The position numbers and the translations under genes were made by a program. Of a DNA stretch of 64,000 bases, positions 24,712 to 42,099 are shown in pieces; within the stretch, counting starts at the first letter, position 1, and each line of letters opens with the position of its first letter. Source of the stretch: Eledone cirrhosa. Its lineage: Eukaryota. The stretch covers positions 85,684,001 to 85,748,000 of the forward strand of contig OZ024744.1 in the NCBI GenBank assembly GCA_964016885.1, written 5' to 3'. A model generated the notes under the pieces. That model had not been told where the DNA came from and did not search any database. It saw nothing but the letters and a program-made list of their open reading frames with translations.

Positions 24712-25920
24712 CCTCGAAGCGTAGGAGCCAGTTTCTCGAGCATGTCTTTCTGCATGAAACAGATAAGATCATGAGAGTTGGGAAGGAACTCCTTGAGAGA
24801 TATTCCCTGTGTGATAATCAAACACTCACACCCAGGGATGTCGCTCAGCAGTATCGCAGTGAATCCATGGATGAAAAACTGCATGCTTATCAGCAAAAAG
24901 TCATGCATGGATATGTTGCCAGGAAGCTCAAGAGTGAGAGTTATATAGATAAGGAAAGTAATCTATCTTGGACCAACAACCGCTATATTGGCTCCCACTT
25001 TGAAGAATACTCTTTTGCAATCCAGGAACAGGAGATTAGCACGAAATACCTCATTCACAAAAGAGATAGGGATGCTGGCAAAACACCTAGATGTAATAAC
25101 AAGTGCAGACTCTGCAGAACTAACATCGAGGATATCACCCATGTCATCAGCAGGTGTCATGTAAAGATATCATCGCGGTACTATCAACCAATGAGGCATG
25201 ATGTAGTGGCCAAAACACTGTACAATGCAGTTCGTAAAAAAGATAGCCCCGATAATAAACACATTAAAAGCTACAACAATGTGGAAGACATCCATGTACA
25301 TAATATGAAAGAGTATTGGTGGAATGTTCCAGTAAAAACCCCAATAAAATGCAGGCATAACAGACCAGATATTATGATATGGGAGAGGGAGAAGAAAGCA
25401 TGCACAGTAGTGAAAATTAGCTGCCCAGCGGATGCCAATATAATATCAAAGATATGAGAATATTTATGCAGAACTGATGAGAAATCTGCAGATACTCCAC
25501 CCTGATTACACCTTCAGATTTATGCCTGTGATTATTGGGGCACTGGAATATGTTAGTAACTGCCTCAATACAAATCTTGAGAAGCTAGGCTTCACAGGAA
25601 CAGAAAGAACACAACTAGTTAGGAAATTACAAGTTCAATCCATTAATGGAACAGTAAAACTATGTAAAACATTCCAAAAATGTTCATCTAATAACTGCAT
25701 ATACACATGTACAGATACAAAGCATATACACATGCACACATACAACTCAAAACATACACATCCACACATACAATAACATCCATATCTACACATGCAGATA
25801 TACAGACATAATCTACCTAGTTGATGCTGTGTAAATTCCAATGAGAGAGTTTTGTGTCTGTGTTAGAAACCGACTCTCTCTCTATTGGTAAAAATTTGTG
25901 AAATTATAAAACAAGAAGAA
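24712..25920 (+). mobile_element. 5'-truncated R4/Dong-clade element (third family) embedded in (CATA)n
   Basis: CRLC..EDITHVISRC, RHD, HNRPDIMIW, ISCP, MPVIIGAL; CATA repeats on both sides. Confidence 0.88.
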
Positions 25921-26248
25921 CATACATACATACATACATACAGACAGACATATGTATGTATACATCTGTATGTGTCCATATGTATGTATACATCTGTATG
26001 TATACATACAGACAGACATATGTATGTATACATCTGTGTGTCTGATGGTGCGGGTGTCTATGTCTATGTCTACGTTTACAATTTCTTTAGACCCTTATTT
26101 TAGTGGTTCGACAAAAAAAATCGATAAAATAATTCTTGAAAGGAATAAGTACTGTGGTTTATATGACTGAACACATAAAAGGTGGGACTTCAAGGAAGGT
26201 ACAGTGTAGTTACAGAAAAGATGAAAGGTAAATCCACATATTTATACA

Positions 26249-26329
<81 letters not shown>

Positions 26330-26364
26330 TTGAAAATTGCAAACGTGACTGTCACCACACATTA

Positions 26365-26403
26365 TGAACCTGAAGATTGCGAAAGCATGAAAGTACTTGT
26401 TCA
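26365..26403 (+). ncRNA. Minimal type I hammerhead ribozyme
   Basis: TGAAC-CTGAAGA-T TGC GAAA GCA T-GAAAG TA CTT-GTTCA; palindrome AAGTACTT. Confidence 0.85.
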
Positions 26404-26590
26404 ATTAACACTTAACATTTAATATTCTATCATACTATTTCATTCTAATACCATATTATATAAATGTTAAAGGATTGTAAATAAAACGAGTAAATCAGAC
26501 AAAGTTGGAACTCCTCTTATTAATATAATCTTCTATACACAATCATACACACCCGTGTATATTTCTCTCTCTCTCTCTCTCGCGCACTCG

Positions 26591-27153
<563 letters not shown>

Positions 27154-27168
27154 CATATATATATATTA

Positions 27169-28061
<893 letters not shown>

Positions 28062-28917
28062 TAACTGAACAAAGACATATACATGTATGCGTTCAAATCG
28101 TATATATGCATTTATATAGTATTGACGAAGGAAAAGATAAGTTTTCAGTACCGTACCATAGTAGACAATAATACTTTATTAATGTCGATCCAGTGGCCTG
28201 TAAGACTGGAGTTTTTCCCGCGTGCTAGAGGTTCTTTTAATAGTCTTAGATTATATATAACGGAGTGAAAGCATTTAATCCAGATCTTATGTTTAATGAT
28301 AACTTGATATATTGCTGTGCTGTTCTCTACAGCAGTAACTTATGAACTACCTTTCTTCTTCTCTTTGCCCTTACCAGTCTCAGAGATCAGAGTCGGTTAA
28401 GTCAAGTCAGAAGTATAAAATGTTAATTTATTTTCCATCGTTTCAATCAGTCAAATATATTCGTATTTCCATTATCCTTAATTATATTCTTCTTTACATG
28501 TGTACACATTTTTTTCTTTCCGTGAAATCTCGTTGACGAACGAGTTTTGGTGACGTCTTTGAAATAGTGCCCCGTGATTGTCAAACAATTTCAAAGAGAG
28601 AATACGAAAGAGTTTTTTTAGTTGTCTTCTTGTTTGTTAAATACAGAAAAGTTTACTATACCATCCTGAACACTCAAAAAATAAAGTGCCAAAAGATATA
28701 CATCACATCATTCTGTCTGACGTCCCATCAATTCCGCCAATCCACGAGCAAAGAAGGGTGTATATTCAGAAGGTAAAGAGCTGGAACAAGTACAGCATAG
28801 CCATTTTGTCCTGCACTCCAATGTTTCTGCCATTTTGTTACCTCTCCTAAATCGCACAATATACAGAAATAAATTTTGTTTACGCTCTAACATGACGGAT
28901 GCGTAAATGCTTTCGTG

Positions 28918-29090
28918 AGTGGCCAGCAATTACCCCAGTGCATTACTGGTGCTTTATGTTATCGACCCCGTAAGAATGAAAGGTAAAGTTAACCTCGGCG
29001 GGCGGGATTGGAACTGAGAGCGTAAAGGGCCATAACTTTATGCTGCAAAGCATGGTGTCTGACGCTCTACCGATACTGCCAATCCACCGC
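28918..29090 (-). mobile_element. SINE family 2
   Basis: Reverse-complement match to 35509-35694. Confidence 0.85.
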
Positions 29091-29139
29091 TCTTTGTAAG
29101 TGAATAATAATATTATTATAAAATTATTAATATTCCATA

Positions 29140-29330
29140 GGGCGGTTTATTGGCAGTATCGGTAGAGAGTCGGATGCTATGCCTTGCAGCATAGAGTTAC
29201 GTCCCTTTACGTTCTGAGTTCAAATCCTACCTATTAGCTTTGCCTTTCATCATTACGGGGGTCGATAAAATAAAGTACCAGTAATGCATTGGGGTAATTG
29301 TTGGCCTTGTGCCAAAAGTGGAAACAGTTA
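29140..29330 (+). mobile_element. SINE family 2
   Basis: Match to 35509-35694. Confidence 0.85.
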
Positions 29331-30333
29331 TTAATATTCCATTCAGCCTCGTTACACTCACGAATGTAAAATATCTAGAGCTTTCGAACGAAGCGCCTTG
29401 TGATAATGTAATACCAGATACACAATGCCTAAAGTATAAAGATGTCTTTTTGATCAAACTCCTCCCCGAAAGAGATGATAAGGTGCTAAACCACAACACA
29501 AGTTCAAGCAATTGACTTTATCAAATCGTTAAATGAATGGGTGATAAATGTAACTTGGTATTTTCTGTGGTTTATCACAAATGATATTTATGAATGGATA
29601 AAGAATATGAATTAATATAAAAATTAAATAAAAAAAAAACAGATACAATTGTCATAGACAAAAGATGAAAAAAATACAAAGATGAAAAAAAAATCTAGGA
29701 AGCTAGAAAGTAAGAAGTGGAAACCCTTTATTAAGAACATATAGCTTCTGGGCAAAACACCTACTAGAAACTGTCTACATGGGAATAAGGGGTGAATTGA
29801 GGTTTTATATCTATTGTCTAGGTGTGGGAAAAAAAACCCCAACTAATTAATAAGGTTTAGTGACATAGAAGATATTGTTGTTGTTGTTGTTGATGCTGTT
29901 ATATATTCATTTGTTTATTTATTTATTTATTTATTTAATTACTTATTTATTTATTTGTTTATTTATTTATCTATTTATGCGGGGAGCCACACTCGTTCCA
30001 AAATAAATAAGTAAATTAGCTTTGTATATTAACAGTCGTAGAACTTGCAAGACGCGTGTTATAGACCGGACGGAGTGGACGGAGTGGACGGAGTGGACGG
30101 AGTGGCAATAACTAAGTGAAAGGAGTAGTGATGATAAACATAGTGATGATAAACGGTCTCTATAAATGAACACATACACACACACAGACACTAATACACA
30201 CACATATATATGTAAGTATATATATATATATATATATATGAATAAATACATATATATATACATATACACACACATATATATATATATATATATGTATATA
30301 TGCATACATATATACAGATATATACATATATAT

Positions 30334-30490
30334 ATATTTAATATAGAAATGGATTCTACAAGACTAGAACTGTTTCATTCGGAGGAAATCATCAGGATGA
30401 TTTCCTCCGAATGAAACAGTTCTAGTCCTGTAGAAGCCATTTCTATATTAAATATTTATACTGTGCTATGTATAGAGTACCTCACTGAGT
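30334..30490. mobile_element. PLE-type fold-back unit, hammerhead truncated at the inversion point
   Basis: Arms centred at about 30396; CTGATGA TTTCCTCCGAAT GAAACAGTTCTAGTC(C/T)TGTA GAA; same family as 20453-20650. Confidence 0.8.
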
Positions 30491-30595
30491 ATATGTAAAA
30501 AGAAGGACTGTGAGTAACTGAGAATGTCTAGACATGCATTCATTTATTAACTAATTTCACTTTCAGGAGAACGACCATATGTTTGTGTATATATA

Positions 30596-32215
<1,620 letters not shown>

Positions 32216-32224
32216 ATGTGTATA

Positions 32225-32577
32225 ATATAAGATCAAAAGATGGTTAAAAGAGTTCCAAGTATTTTATTATGCGCATTTCAAAAACAAATATCATCAAGCG
32301 ATGATATCTGCGTTCTCATCAGATAAAATAGGGAGACATGATATGAAGCTTAAAAAACACTTGTGAGCAGTGGAGTTTTAAATCAACATATATCTGATGA
32401 GAACGCAGATATCATACCATGATGATATTTGTTTTTGAAATACGCATAATAAAATACTTGGAACTCTTTTAACCATCTTTTGATCTTATATTATTTATAC
32501 TCCACCCCTACAAACTGTAGAGTGCTACTTATCCGATATTTGCATCGCTTTATTGTGCTACAATAAAACTCACCTTC

Positions 32578-32580
<3 letters not shown>
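32225..32580. mobile_element. PLE-type fold-back unit with paired hammerheads
   Basis: Minus HHR 32260-32330: TATTTTAT-CTGATGA-long stem II-GAAAT GCGC ATA-ATAAAATA; plus copy about 32392-32456; tail to 32580. Confidence 0.85.
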
Positions 32581-32626
<46 letters not shown>

Positions 32627-33753
32627 ATAATAATAAATTTGAAGACCAAAATCCAAAGAGGGCTCGATAAGGATAAATATATATCAAATATATAAGAACC
32701 GTAGAGCAAAAATGTATTATATATATGTGTAGATAAATCTACCAAAATATATGATAGTGTTCAATCCGTATGAAGAACTCAATGTAATCCAAATATCATG
32801 AAAAGAGAAGATGTATTCAAAATTTTTTCGATGAAAAACACAGGAAAACAGAGTCAAGATAAATTAATAAAAATAATGAATGAAAACAAAGAAACAGTTC
32901 CTTATATTAAAAAATTCATCATTTTACGATCGTTTCTAGGATATATATGTGTGTGTTGGTATGTATATCATATAGATCTATGTAAAAAATTTACAAACTA
33001 TCAGAGGGAATATATATGCTGTCTTCAGAAATAATGATATTTGTTTATTGAAAAAAACCAACAAAGATTTAATATAATAGGTCTGTTTGGGAAAAGGTTT
33101 TGAATTGACCAATAGAAAAGTAGTAAGTGGTCAAGTTGATAGAATAGTAGTAGTAGAAATTTAATTTAGGGGTAGAGGAATGTAGACTTCAGTTTTGAAT
33201 GGAAAGAGTATTTTGAATAAAAATATTACTTTGGAGATGAAAATAGGCCAAGCCGGTGAAAGGTACACGAAAATTTTATGTTATTAAAGAATAATGCTAA
33301 TGTTAAAATCTAAGGAGAATACAATTTTACGATAAATGTGTTAGTGAAAAATATCAATCTTATTTAAAACATAAGAAATTTAGATCTATAAAAAGAAATT
33401 AAATTAATTTAATTGATAGGTATATTTATAGGGATAAATTTATATTAATTCATATAGATATGATAAATAAGAGTTAGATGTTATTAAAGAATGTTAAAAA
33501 CGAAGGAAAAAAAATTGGGGGGGGGGGATAAATGTATTAGTGAGAAATAACAAACTTATATAGATTACAACGAATTTAGATTCATAACAGGAAATTAAAA
33601 TAGTTTATATGTATACTTATTGGTATAAATTTTAGGAAAAGAATAGCTGTAAAAGGGAAATAAAATGATGCAGTTCTTAGTAGTAGAATATTAATTATAG
33701 GTTAACTAATTTAAAAAAATTAATTATACTAATTTGTAAAATATAAGTGTATA

Positions 33754-34353
33754 TTAATTAGGTTTATAATATTTGAAAGTTTTTCTAATTGTATGATTGC
33801 ACGATATAATTAATTCTTGTCGCTTATTTAACAGGATATCCTTAGATTTTATTATTTCAAAAAGTTCCTGGGAACATAATCTACATTCATATCTATTATT
33901 TTGATAAGGGGTGGCCCTTTTGAGCACACTCCAGGTCAGGTTATAATGGATATTCTTTTTTCTATAATTATTAATTATTTCAGCTAAGGATGTTGTATTA
34001 GCTAATGCGGCATTTTTAAAACTGTGTTTGTGGGTATTAAATCTTACTTTAAATTGGTTAGAAGTAGCTCCTATATATGAATAAGTTGAGTCCTTAGTGC
34101 TAATTTTACATTTATATACTATGTTATTAATAAGGCAATTTCCTTTTAATGGGCAATTTGCTTTGTTTCTACAGTTACAACCTTTCGTGAATGTTATATC
34201 AGGGGAGTTAGTCAAATTAGGTGTGGAATTTTCACGACTTGTTGTATGTGAATGAGATTGTGGTTTGCTGTGGTTTATTTTAGTATTATGGTTAGTTTGA
34301 TGTGTTGGTGGTATATTCATGGTTTTTTTTACATTTATATGCATTGTAGGCAC
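33754..34353 (-). pseudogene. PLE GIY-YIG endonuclease domain
   Basis: CNCRNKANCPLKGNC..IVYKC..YIGATSNQFKVRFNTH..CRLCSQE..LLNKRQE..CNH. Confidence 0.85.
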
Positions 34354-35508
34354 TTATATTTTGTTGTATATTTTTGGTTGTGGAGTAGGAGAATTTGACC
34401 GTTGATCTATTTAAAATTTGATGGTATTTATGGTTTGGCGGGAAGTTTTTTCTCTAGGATAGTAAAAGATTTTTTAGGTATATTATCTTTAATTTGTAGA
34501 TTAAATGGAGCATTATACCAAGTAACTCGTCTATTACGGTTTCGATGTTGTTTTTTTATTTTTATACGATGTATCCTGATGTTTACTAAGAGAATTAGTA
34601 TTAGTGATTTTATTACACATATGTTTAGTTAGATTCACTGATTTAGGTGTTTTAGCCTGGTTATTAGGAATTTTGTTAGTAATGTTATTAACATATATTG
34701 GAATATTAGGATGGATGGTTTTTTGAAAGTTATATTGTATATTAGAAGAGGTAGAGAAATTAAGTTTTAAGTTGGTATTTTGGGGTATAGTGTGAGTGGA
34801 ATTTAGGTGTGTATATTTCATTTGGTGTTTGTTGGTAATATTGGGTTGTAGTATTATTAGTATAAGGTATATATACTAATTTGTTTTTGTGGCCGCTTCT
34901 AGCTAAAGCTTCGTTATAAAAGGTCTAATTTTTATCGAATACATCCTGGTTAGATGAAAGGTTAGAAATTCTGAGTGAGAATAACATTTTTTAAAATTAG
35001 TTAACCTATAATTAATATTCTATTACTAAGAACTGTATAATTTTATTTCCCTTTTACAGCTATTCTTTTGCTACAATTTATACCAATAAGTATACATATA
35101 AACTATTTTAATTTCCTGTTATGAATCTAAGTTCGTTGTAATCTATATAAGTTTGTTATTTATCACTAATACATTTACCCCCCCCCCCCCAAAAAAAAAA
35201 AAAACATTTTTTATTCTCCTTAGATTTTAACATTAGCATTATTCTTTAATAACATCAAATTTTCGTGTACCTTTCACCGGCTTGACCTATTTCATCCCCA
35301 AAGTAATCTTTTCATTTTAAATACTCTTTCCATTCAAAACTGAAGTCTGCACCCCTCTACCCTTAAATTAAATTTCTACTACTACTATTCTATCAACTTG
35401 ACCACTTACTACTTTTCTATTAGTCAATTCAAAACCTGTTCCCAAACAGACCTATTATATTAAATCTTTGTTGGTTTTTTTCAATAAACAAATATCATTA
35501 TTTCTGAT

Positions 35509-35694
35509 GGCGGTGAATTGGCAGTATCGGTAGAGGGTCGGACGCCATACTTTGACGCATAGAGTTACGGCCCTTGCCATTCTGAGTTCAAATCCCGCCG
35601 AGGTTGACTTTGCCTTTCATCCTTACGGGGTCGATAAAATAAAGTACCAGTAATACACTGGGTAATTGCTGGCCTTGTGCCTAAAATAGAAACA
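35509..35694 (+). mobile_element. SINE family 2 with TSD
   Basis: Flanked by ATTATTTCTGA at about 35497-35507 and 35695-35705; the empty site is visible in the other inverted arm (about 33025-33037). Confidence 0.9.
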
Positions 35695-35904
35695 ATTATT
35701 TCTGAAGACAGCATATATATGTGTAGGTATGTATATTCCCTCTGATAGTTTGTAAAATTTTTACATAGATCTATATGATATACATACCAACAGACATATA
35801 TATCCTAGAAACGATCGTAAAATGATGAATTTTTTAATATAAGGAACTGTTTCTTTGTTTTCATTCATTATTTTTGTTAATTTATTTATATATATATATA
35901 TATA

Positions 35905-36347
35905 TACATTAAATAAATGGAAACTCTATTTATAAAACCTTATTTATTCTATTATATATATTTCAAGGGTACCAAAACTTTGGTACGCTCTCATCAGATA
36001 ACATACAAAGTTTGTTTTATAAATATGGACATATCCAGAAAGAAGATCTTAACGGATAGTATCCTGGATAGTATCCTGGACTATCCAGGAAAAACTTGAA
36101 CCGTTAAGCTCTTCTTCCTGGATATGTCAATATTCATAAAACAAACTTTGTATTTTATCTGATGAGAGCGTACCAAAGATTTGGTACCCTTGAAATATAT
36201 ATAATAGAATAAATATGGTTTCATAAATATAGTTTCCATTTATTAATATCATTGAATATTATACTCCAGATACCTGTCGAATGCTTTGAATCAGTTATAA
36301 ACATTTATATTTGTTGAATTACTAACAAATTATATATCCCTTTTGCT
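35905..36347. mobile_element. PLE-type fold-back unit with paired hammerheads
   Basis: Plus HHR 36151-36211: TATTTTAT-CTGATGA-GAGCGTACCA..TGGTACCCTT-GAAAT ATAT ATA-ATAGAATA; minus copy about 35941-36005; same family as 26709. Confidence 0.85.
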
Positions 36348-36372
36348 TATATATATATATATATATATATAT

Positions 36373-36491
36373 ATAGGAAAAAGTATGAACCCCTGGGGTC
36401 AAACTTTTTCCTATTTCCCACTCTACTACCCCAAGTATTGAGTACTCTGCTGCGTTATGGTCCACCTGGCTCCTTACCACATTTCCTTTGT
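36373..36491. repeat. Very short fold-back plus tail between (TA)n runs
   Basis: TAGGAAAAAGT(A)TGA..TCAAACTTTTTCCTA hairpin, then a tail containing TATTGAGTAC as in the 20453 tail. Confidence 0.55.
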
Positions 36492-36521
36492 TATATGTAT
36501 ATATATATATATGTATATATA

Positions 36522-36563
<42 letters not shown>

Positions 36564-36564
36564 A

Positions 36565-38421
<1,857 letters not shown>

Positions 38422-38695
38422 TACCCCGTCCATTATCACACCCCTAAATTCCTATCGCTTTCTCTTGATCATTAGCAGCTTCTCTTACAACTAATACATG
38501 CCGATACGTACCCTTATATTAACATACTTTTGCTCATAGTTTCGTACTTACATGCACACACACTCTTTTACACACATATACACACACATTTCTTCTTAGC
38601 TTCGTACGGACCTATAACACTCACACACACACGCACACACGCACACACGCACACACGCACACACGCACACACGCACACACGCACACACGCACACA

Positions 38696-38729
<34 letters not shown>

Positions 38730-38777
38730 GCTGTCACATGGCTGTATACAATAAATTCTGAGTTTTAAGAGTATTAA

Positions 38778-38880
38778 TAATTGTTTCTACTTTTGGCACA
38801 AGGCCAGCAATTACCCAGTGTATTACTGGTAATTTATTTTATCGATCCCGTAAGGATAAAAGGCAAAGTTAACCTCGGCG
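38778..38880 (-). mobile_element. SINE family 2, 3' half
   Basis: Match to the family consensus. Confidence 0.8.
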
Positions 38881-39136
38881 TATTAATAATAACATTCGAT
38901 TATTTTGCAATTATGCAAACAATCCTCAATTTTATAGCCATGTCAGTAGAATAACATGAGCTGTACTGATGAAGGGTGTTACCCAGAAACATTAGTGTCT
39001 GCAGTTCAGTTCGCATGCCAACATAAGAGCAAGAATGAAGGGTTCATTCTACTGACATGGCTATAAAATTGAGGCTACTTTGCATAATTGCAAACGAATC
39101 GAATGTTATTATTAATATTGGAAAAACTCAGATTAC

Positions 39137-39140
<4 letters not shown>
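38881..39140. mobile_element. Fold-back unit enclosing a hammerhead
   Basis: Arms 38881-38952 and about 39046-39118, tail to 39140, then (TA)n. Confidence 0.75.
38957..39008 (+). ncRNA. Type I hammerhead ribozyme
   Basis: TGAGCTGTA-CTGATGA-AGGGT GTT ACCCA-GAAAC ATTAGT GTC-TGCAGTTCA; 9-bp stem I, GUC site. Confidence 0.9.
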
Positions 39141-39196
<56 letters not shown>

Positions 39197-39199
<3 letters not shown>

Positions 39200-39606
39200 A
39201 TATTAATAAATGGAAACTATATTTATAAAACCATAATTATTTTATTATATATATTTCAAGGGCAACCAATGCAAATTATGGTGCGCTTTCATCAGATAAA
39301 ATACAGATTTGTTTTATAAATAAATATTCACATACCCGGTTGAAGTTCTCTTGATAGTGGAGATATTATTTTATTGAGGGTGATAGAAAGTTATGAGTGA
39401 GTATGCAAATGTGTGTCAGAAAAATTGAAAAAACAACGGTTTATTTAAATTAAACTGTTGGAAGACAAAATATTGAGAGGGAGAGAGGGAGAGAGAAAGA
39501 ATAGTGAGAGGGGGAGAAAAAATATTGAAAGGGAGGGAGAAAGAATAGTGAAAGTTATAAAATGTTTAAGCATGTTGAATCCCAACAAATTAAATATAAC
39601 CTCTGC
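39197..39606. mobile_element. 26709-family unit: inverted arm with hammerhead (minus, about 39239-39303) and plus-strand tail only
   Basis: TATTTTAT-CTGATGA-AAGCGCACCA..TGGTTGCCCTT-GAAAT ATAT ATA-ATAAAATA on minus; 39553-39606 matches the tails at 27102-27153 and 36293-36347. Confidence 0.75.
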
Positions 39607-40320
39607 ATATATATATATATATGTGTATGGTCGACGGCATATTTTGTCAGTTTCTACATGCTGTTGAAATGTGGGATAAATACTCTATCGGGGCCACCAC
39701 GAAGAGGCCGCTTTCGGTTATTTGTCGGAAATTTCTTCATAGGAGCCTTTATTCTTATAGCTTGGTCTAATTGATTTTTTATATGGTTAATTATGCTAAT
39801 TGGGAGAGGAAATGGTATATATTTTATCTAATAACTCTAAGGACATGATTTATGATATATATATATATATATGACGTAATTCCGTCGGAAAGGTCCAGGA
39901 AAAAAGAGTGCTCTATGTAGGTTACAGAGCTTAATAGTTATGTAATAAACAACATAGGGCAATTATTTCATTTACCAGTGGTTTCTTAAAAGCAAACAAA
40001 TTTTGCTTTCAATCATCAAAATGAAAAAATCCTGGTGTATTTATTGACATTGGATTTTAAAAAACAAAATTATAATCTATATGAAAGTGGTGAGGTTGGA
40101 AAAGGAAGAAGGAAAGGAAAAATAAACACACATGCACACACACACACAATTACATACACACACACATATACATACACATATATATACACACACACATATA
40201 TATATGCATATATATATATATATACATACACATACATATACACATACATACATACACACATATATATCAACATATCCATACATACACATACACACACATA
40301 CACTAACACGCACACACACA

Positions 40321-40376
<56 letters not shown>

Positions 40377-40384
<8 letters not shown>

Positions 40385-40790
40385 TGAGTCCTTCATCAGT
40401 GACCCTCCAACCGTCCCAGGCATTTCATCGCTTTAAGGGCCATATACCTCAGGTTGGTGCGAACAACGGCTAAAAAAAGTCGTTGGGACACGTAAATAAA
40501 GAGAACGTTAGGGTGAACAAACAAAATGGTTTAAGCAACAGAAAGTGAGAGGAAAGAGACAAGTCCCATTGTCACTTTCCTCTCACTTTCTGTTGCCTAA
40601 ACCATTTTGTTTGTTCACCCTAACGTTCTCTTTATTTACGTGTCCCAACGACTTTTTTTAGCCGTTGTTCGCACCAACCTGAGGTATATGGCCCTTAAAG
40701 CGATGAAATGCCTGGGACGGTTGGAGGGTCACTGATGAAGGACTCACTTTTTTATATGTAACCCATTTGCAACGCCGCAGCTCCATTATT

Positions 40791-40795
<5 letters not shown>
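40377..40795. repeat. Fold-back (~185-bp near-perfect arms plus tail) between (TA)n runs
   Basis: Inversion centre about 40566; contains CTGATGA but I could not fold a complete hammerhead. Confidence 0.8.
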
Positions 40796-40832
<37 letters not shown>

Positions 40833-41176
40833 ATCATACATATATACACACGTACATACACACACATACATACACACATATATACACGCATACATACGCA
40901 TGCACAAATATAGATATATGTACACACACCTATATACGCACACACAAATAATTATAAGAAAAAATATAATAAAAATGAATATAAAAATTATTATAGTATT
41001 GACAGCGATACAGGCAACAAATAAATAAACAAACACACGTGGTAAGCAATACACACAATTGCACATACACATACATACGTAAAAATAAATACATACACAC
41101 ACACACATACATATACATATACATATACACATACATACACATACACATACACATATACATACACACACTCACATAT

Positions 41177-41269
<93 letters not shown>

Positions 41270-41389
41270 TATATACATACATATACACAAACACATACAT
41301 ACAGATACATATACACACATATGTTTGTGTGTAAAACTCATTCTTAGATGTATTCATATGAACTTTATTTAACTCTTAAATATATACAT

Positions 41390-41950
41390 ATAAACGGAAA
41401 AAAATGAAACGAAATTTCATTTCCCACTCTTAGTACGGCTGTTACTTAAATATAAGTGTGTGCATGTATATATATATATATACATACTACTGTACGTCTG
41501 TATACATATATGTATGTACGTATACATACTTATATTTAAGTAACAGCCGTACTAAGAGTGGGAAATGAAATTTCGTTTCATTTTTTCCGTTTATCGTTTT
41601 CAGTGCACCCGGCTGATTAACCCACTCAATATGCAAATTGGGCTACTCAGCCGTTAATATGCATAATGTAAGTATATACGTTCAACAATCTGGCAGGAAG
41701 GTATACGTTGCTGACGATAGCTAATAAGCTTGAAACTAGTACAGCGTTCCTTTGTCAGTGTTGAACAAACGAACAACGATGGTTTCTAGACACTACGGCT
41801 TAATACGGGATGATTATTTACAAACACACCGAGCATTATAATAAATGTTTGGTGAATCCATACGTACATATATATATGTGTGCATGTATGTATATATATG
41901 TACATACTACTGTACGTCTGTATACATATATGTATGTACATACTTATATA
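41390..41950 (+). mobile_element. Second copy of the 422-nt hammerhead repeat (~1.2 units plus a short inverted arm)
   Basis: 41458-41535 recurs at 41878-41949; 41390-41458 is an inversion of 41527-41594. Confidence 0.8.
41705..41747 (+). ncRNA. Type I hammerhead ribozyme
   Basis: ACGTTG-CTGACGA-TAGC TAATAA GCTT-GAAAC TA GTA-CAGCGT. Confidence 0.88.
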
Positions 41951-42036
<86 letters not shown>

Positions 42037-42099
42037 CATATATATATATATATATATACATACACACACACATATACATACACACACATATATACATAC

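Larger units (their letters stand above)
32625..35885 (-). mobile_element. 5'-truncated Hydra-clade-like PLE with an inverted copy of its 3'UTR at the 5' end
   Basis: Thumb remnant RISNLSSNQDVF..YNEALARSGH (about 34870-34980), VTWYNAPF linker, GIY-YIG ORF; about 32862-33720 is inverted at about 34988-35885. Confidence 0.8.

Noticed and set aside
28540-29520. Possible host exon or promoter (TGACGT, CCAAT, AAAATGGC motifs, short ORFs)
   Set aside because: No recognisable protein similarity or consistent splice frame, and such motifs are expected by chance.
33015-33035. CTGAAGA (minus strand) as the hammerhead of the 33754 PLE
   Set aside because: No properly spaced GAAA or closing stems.
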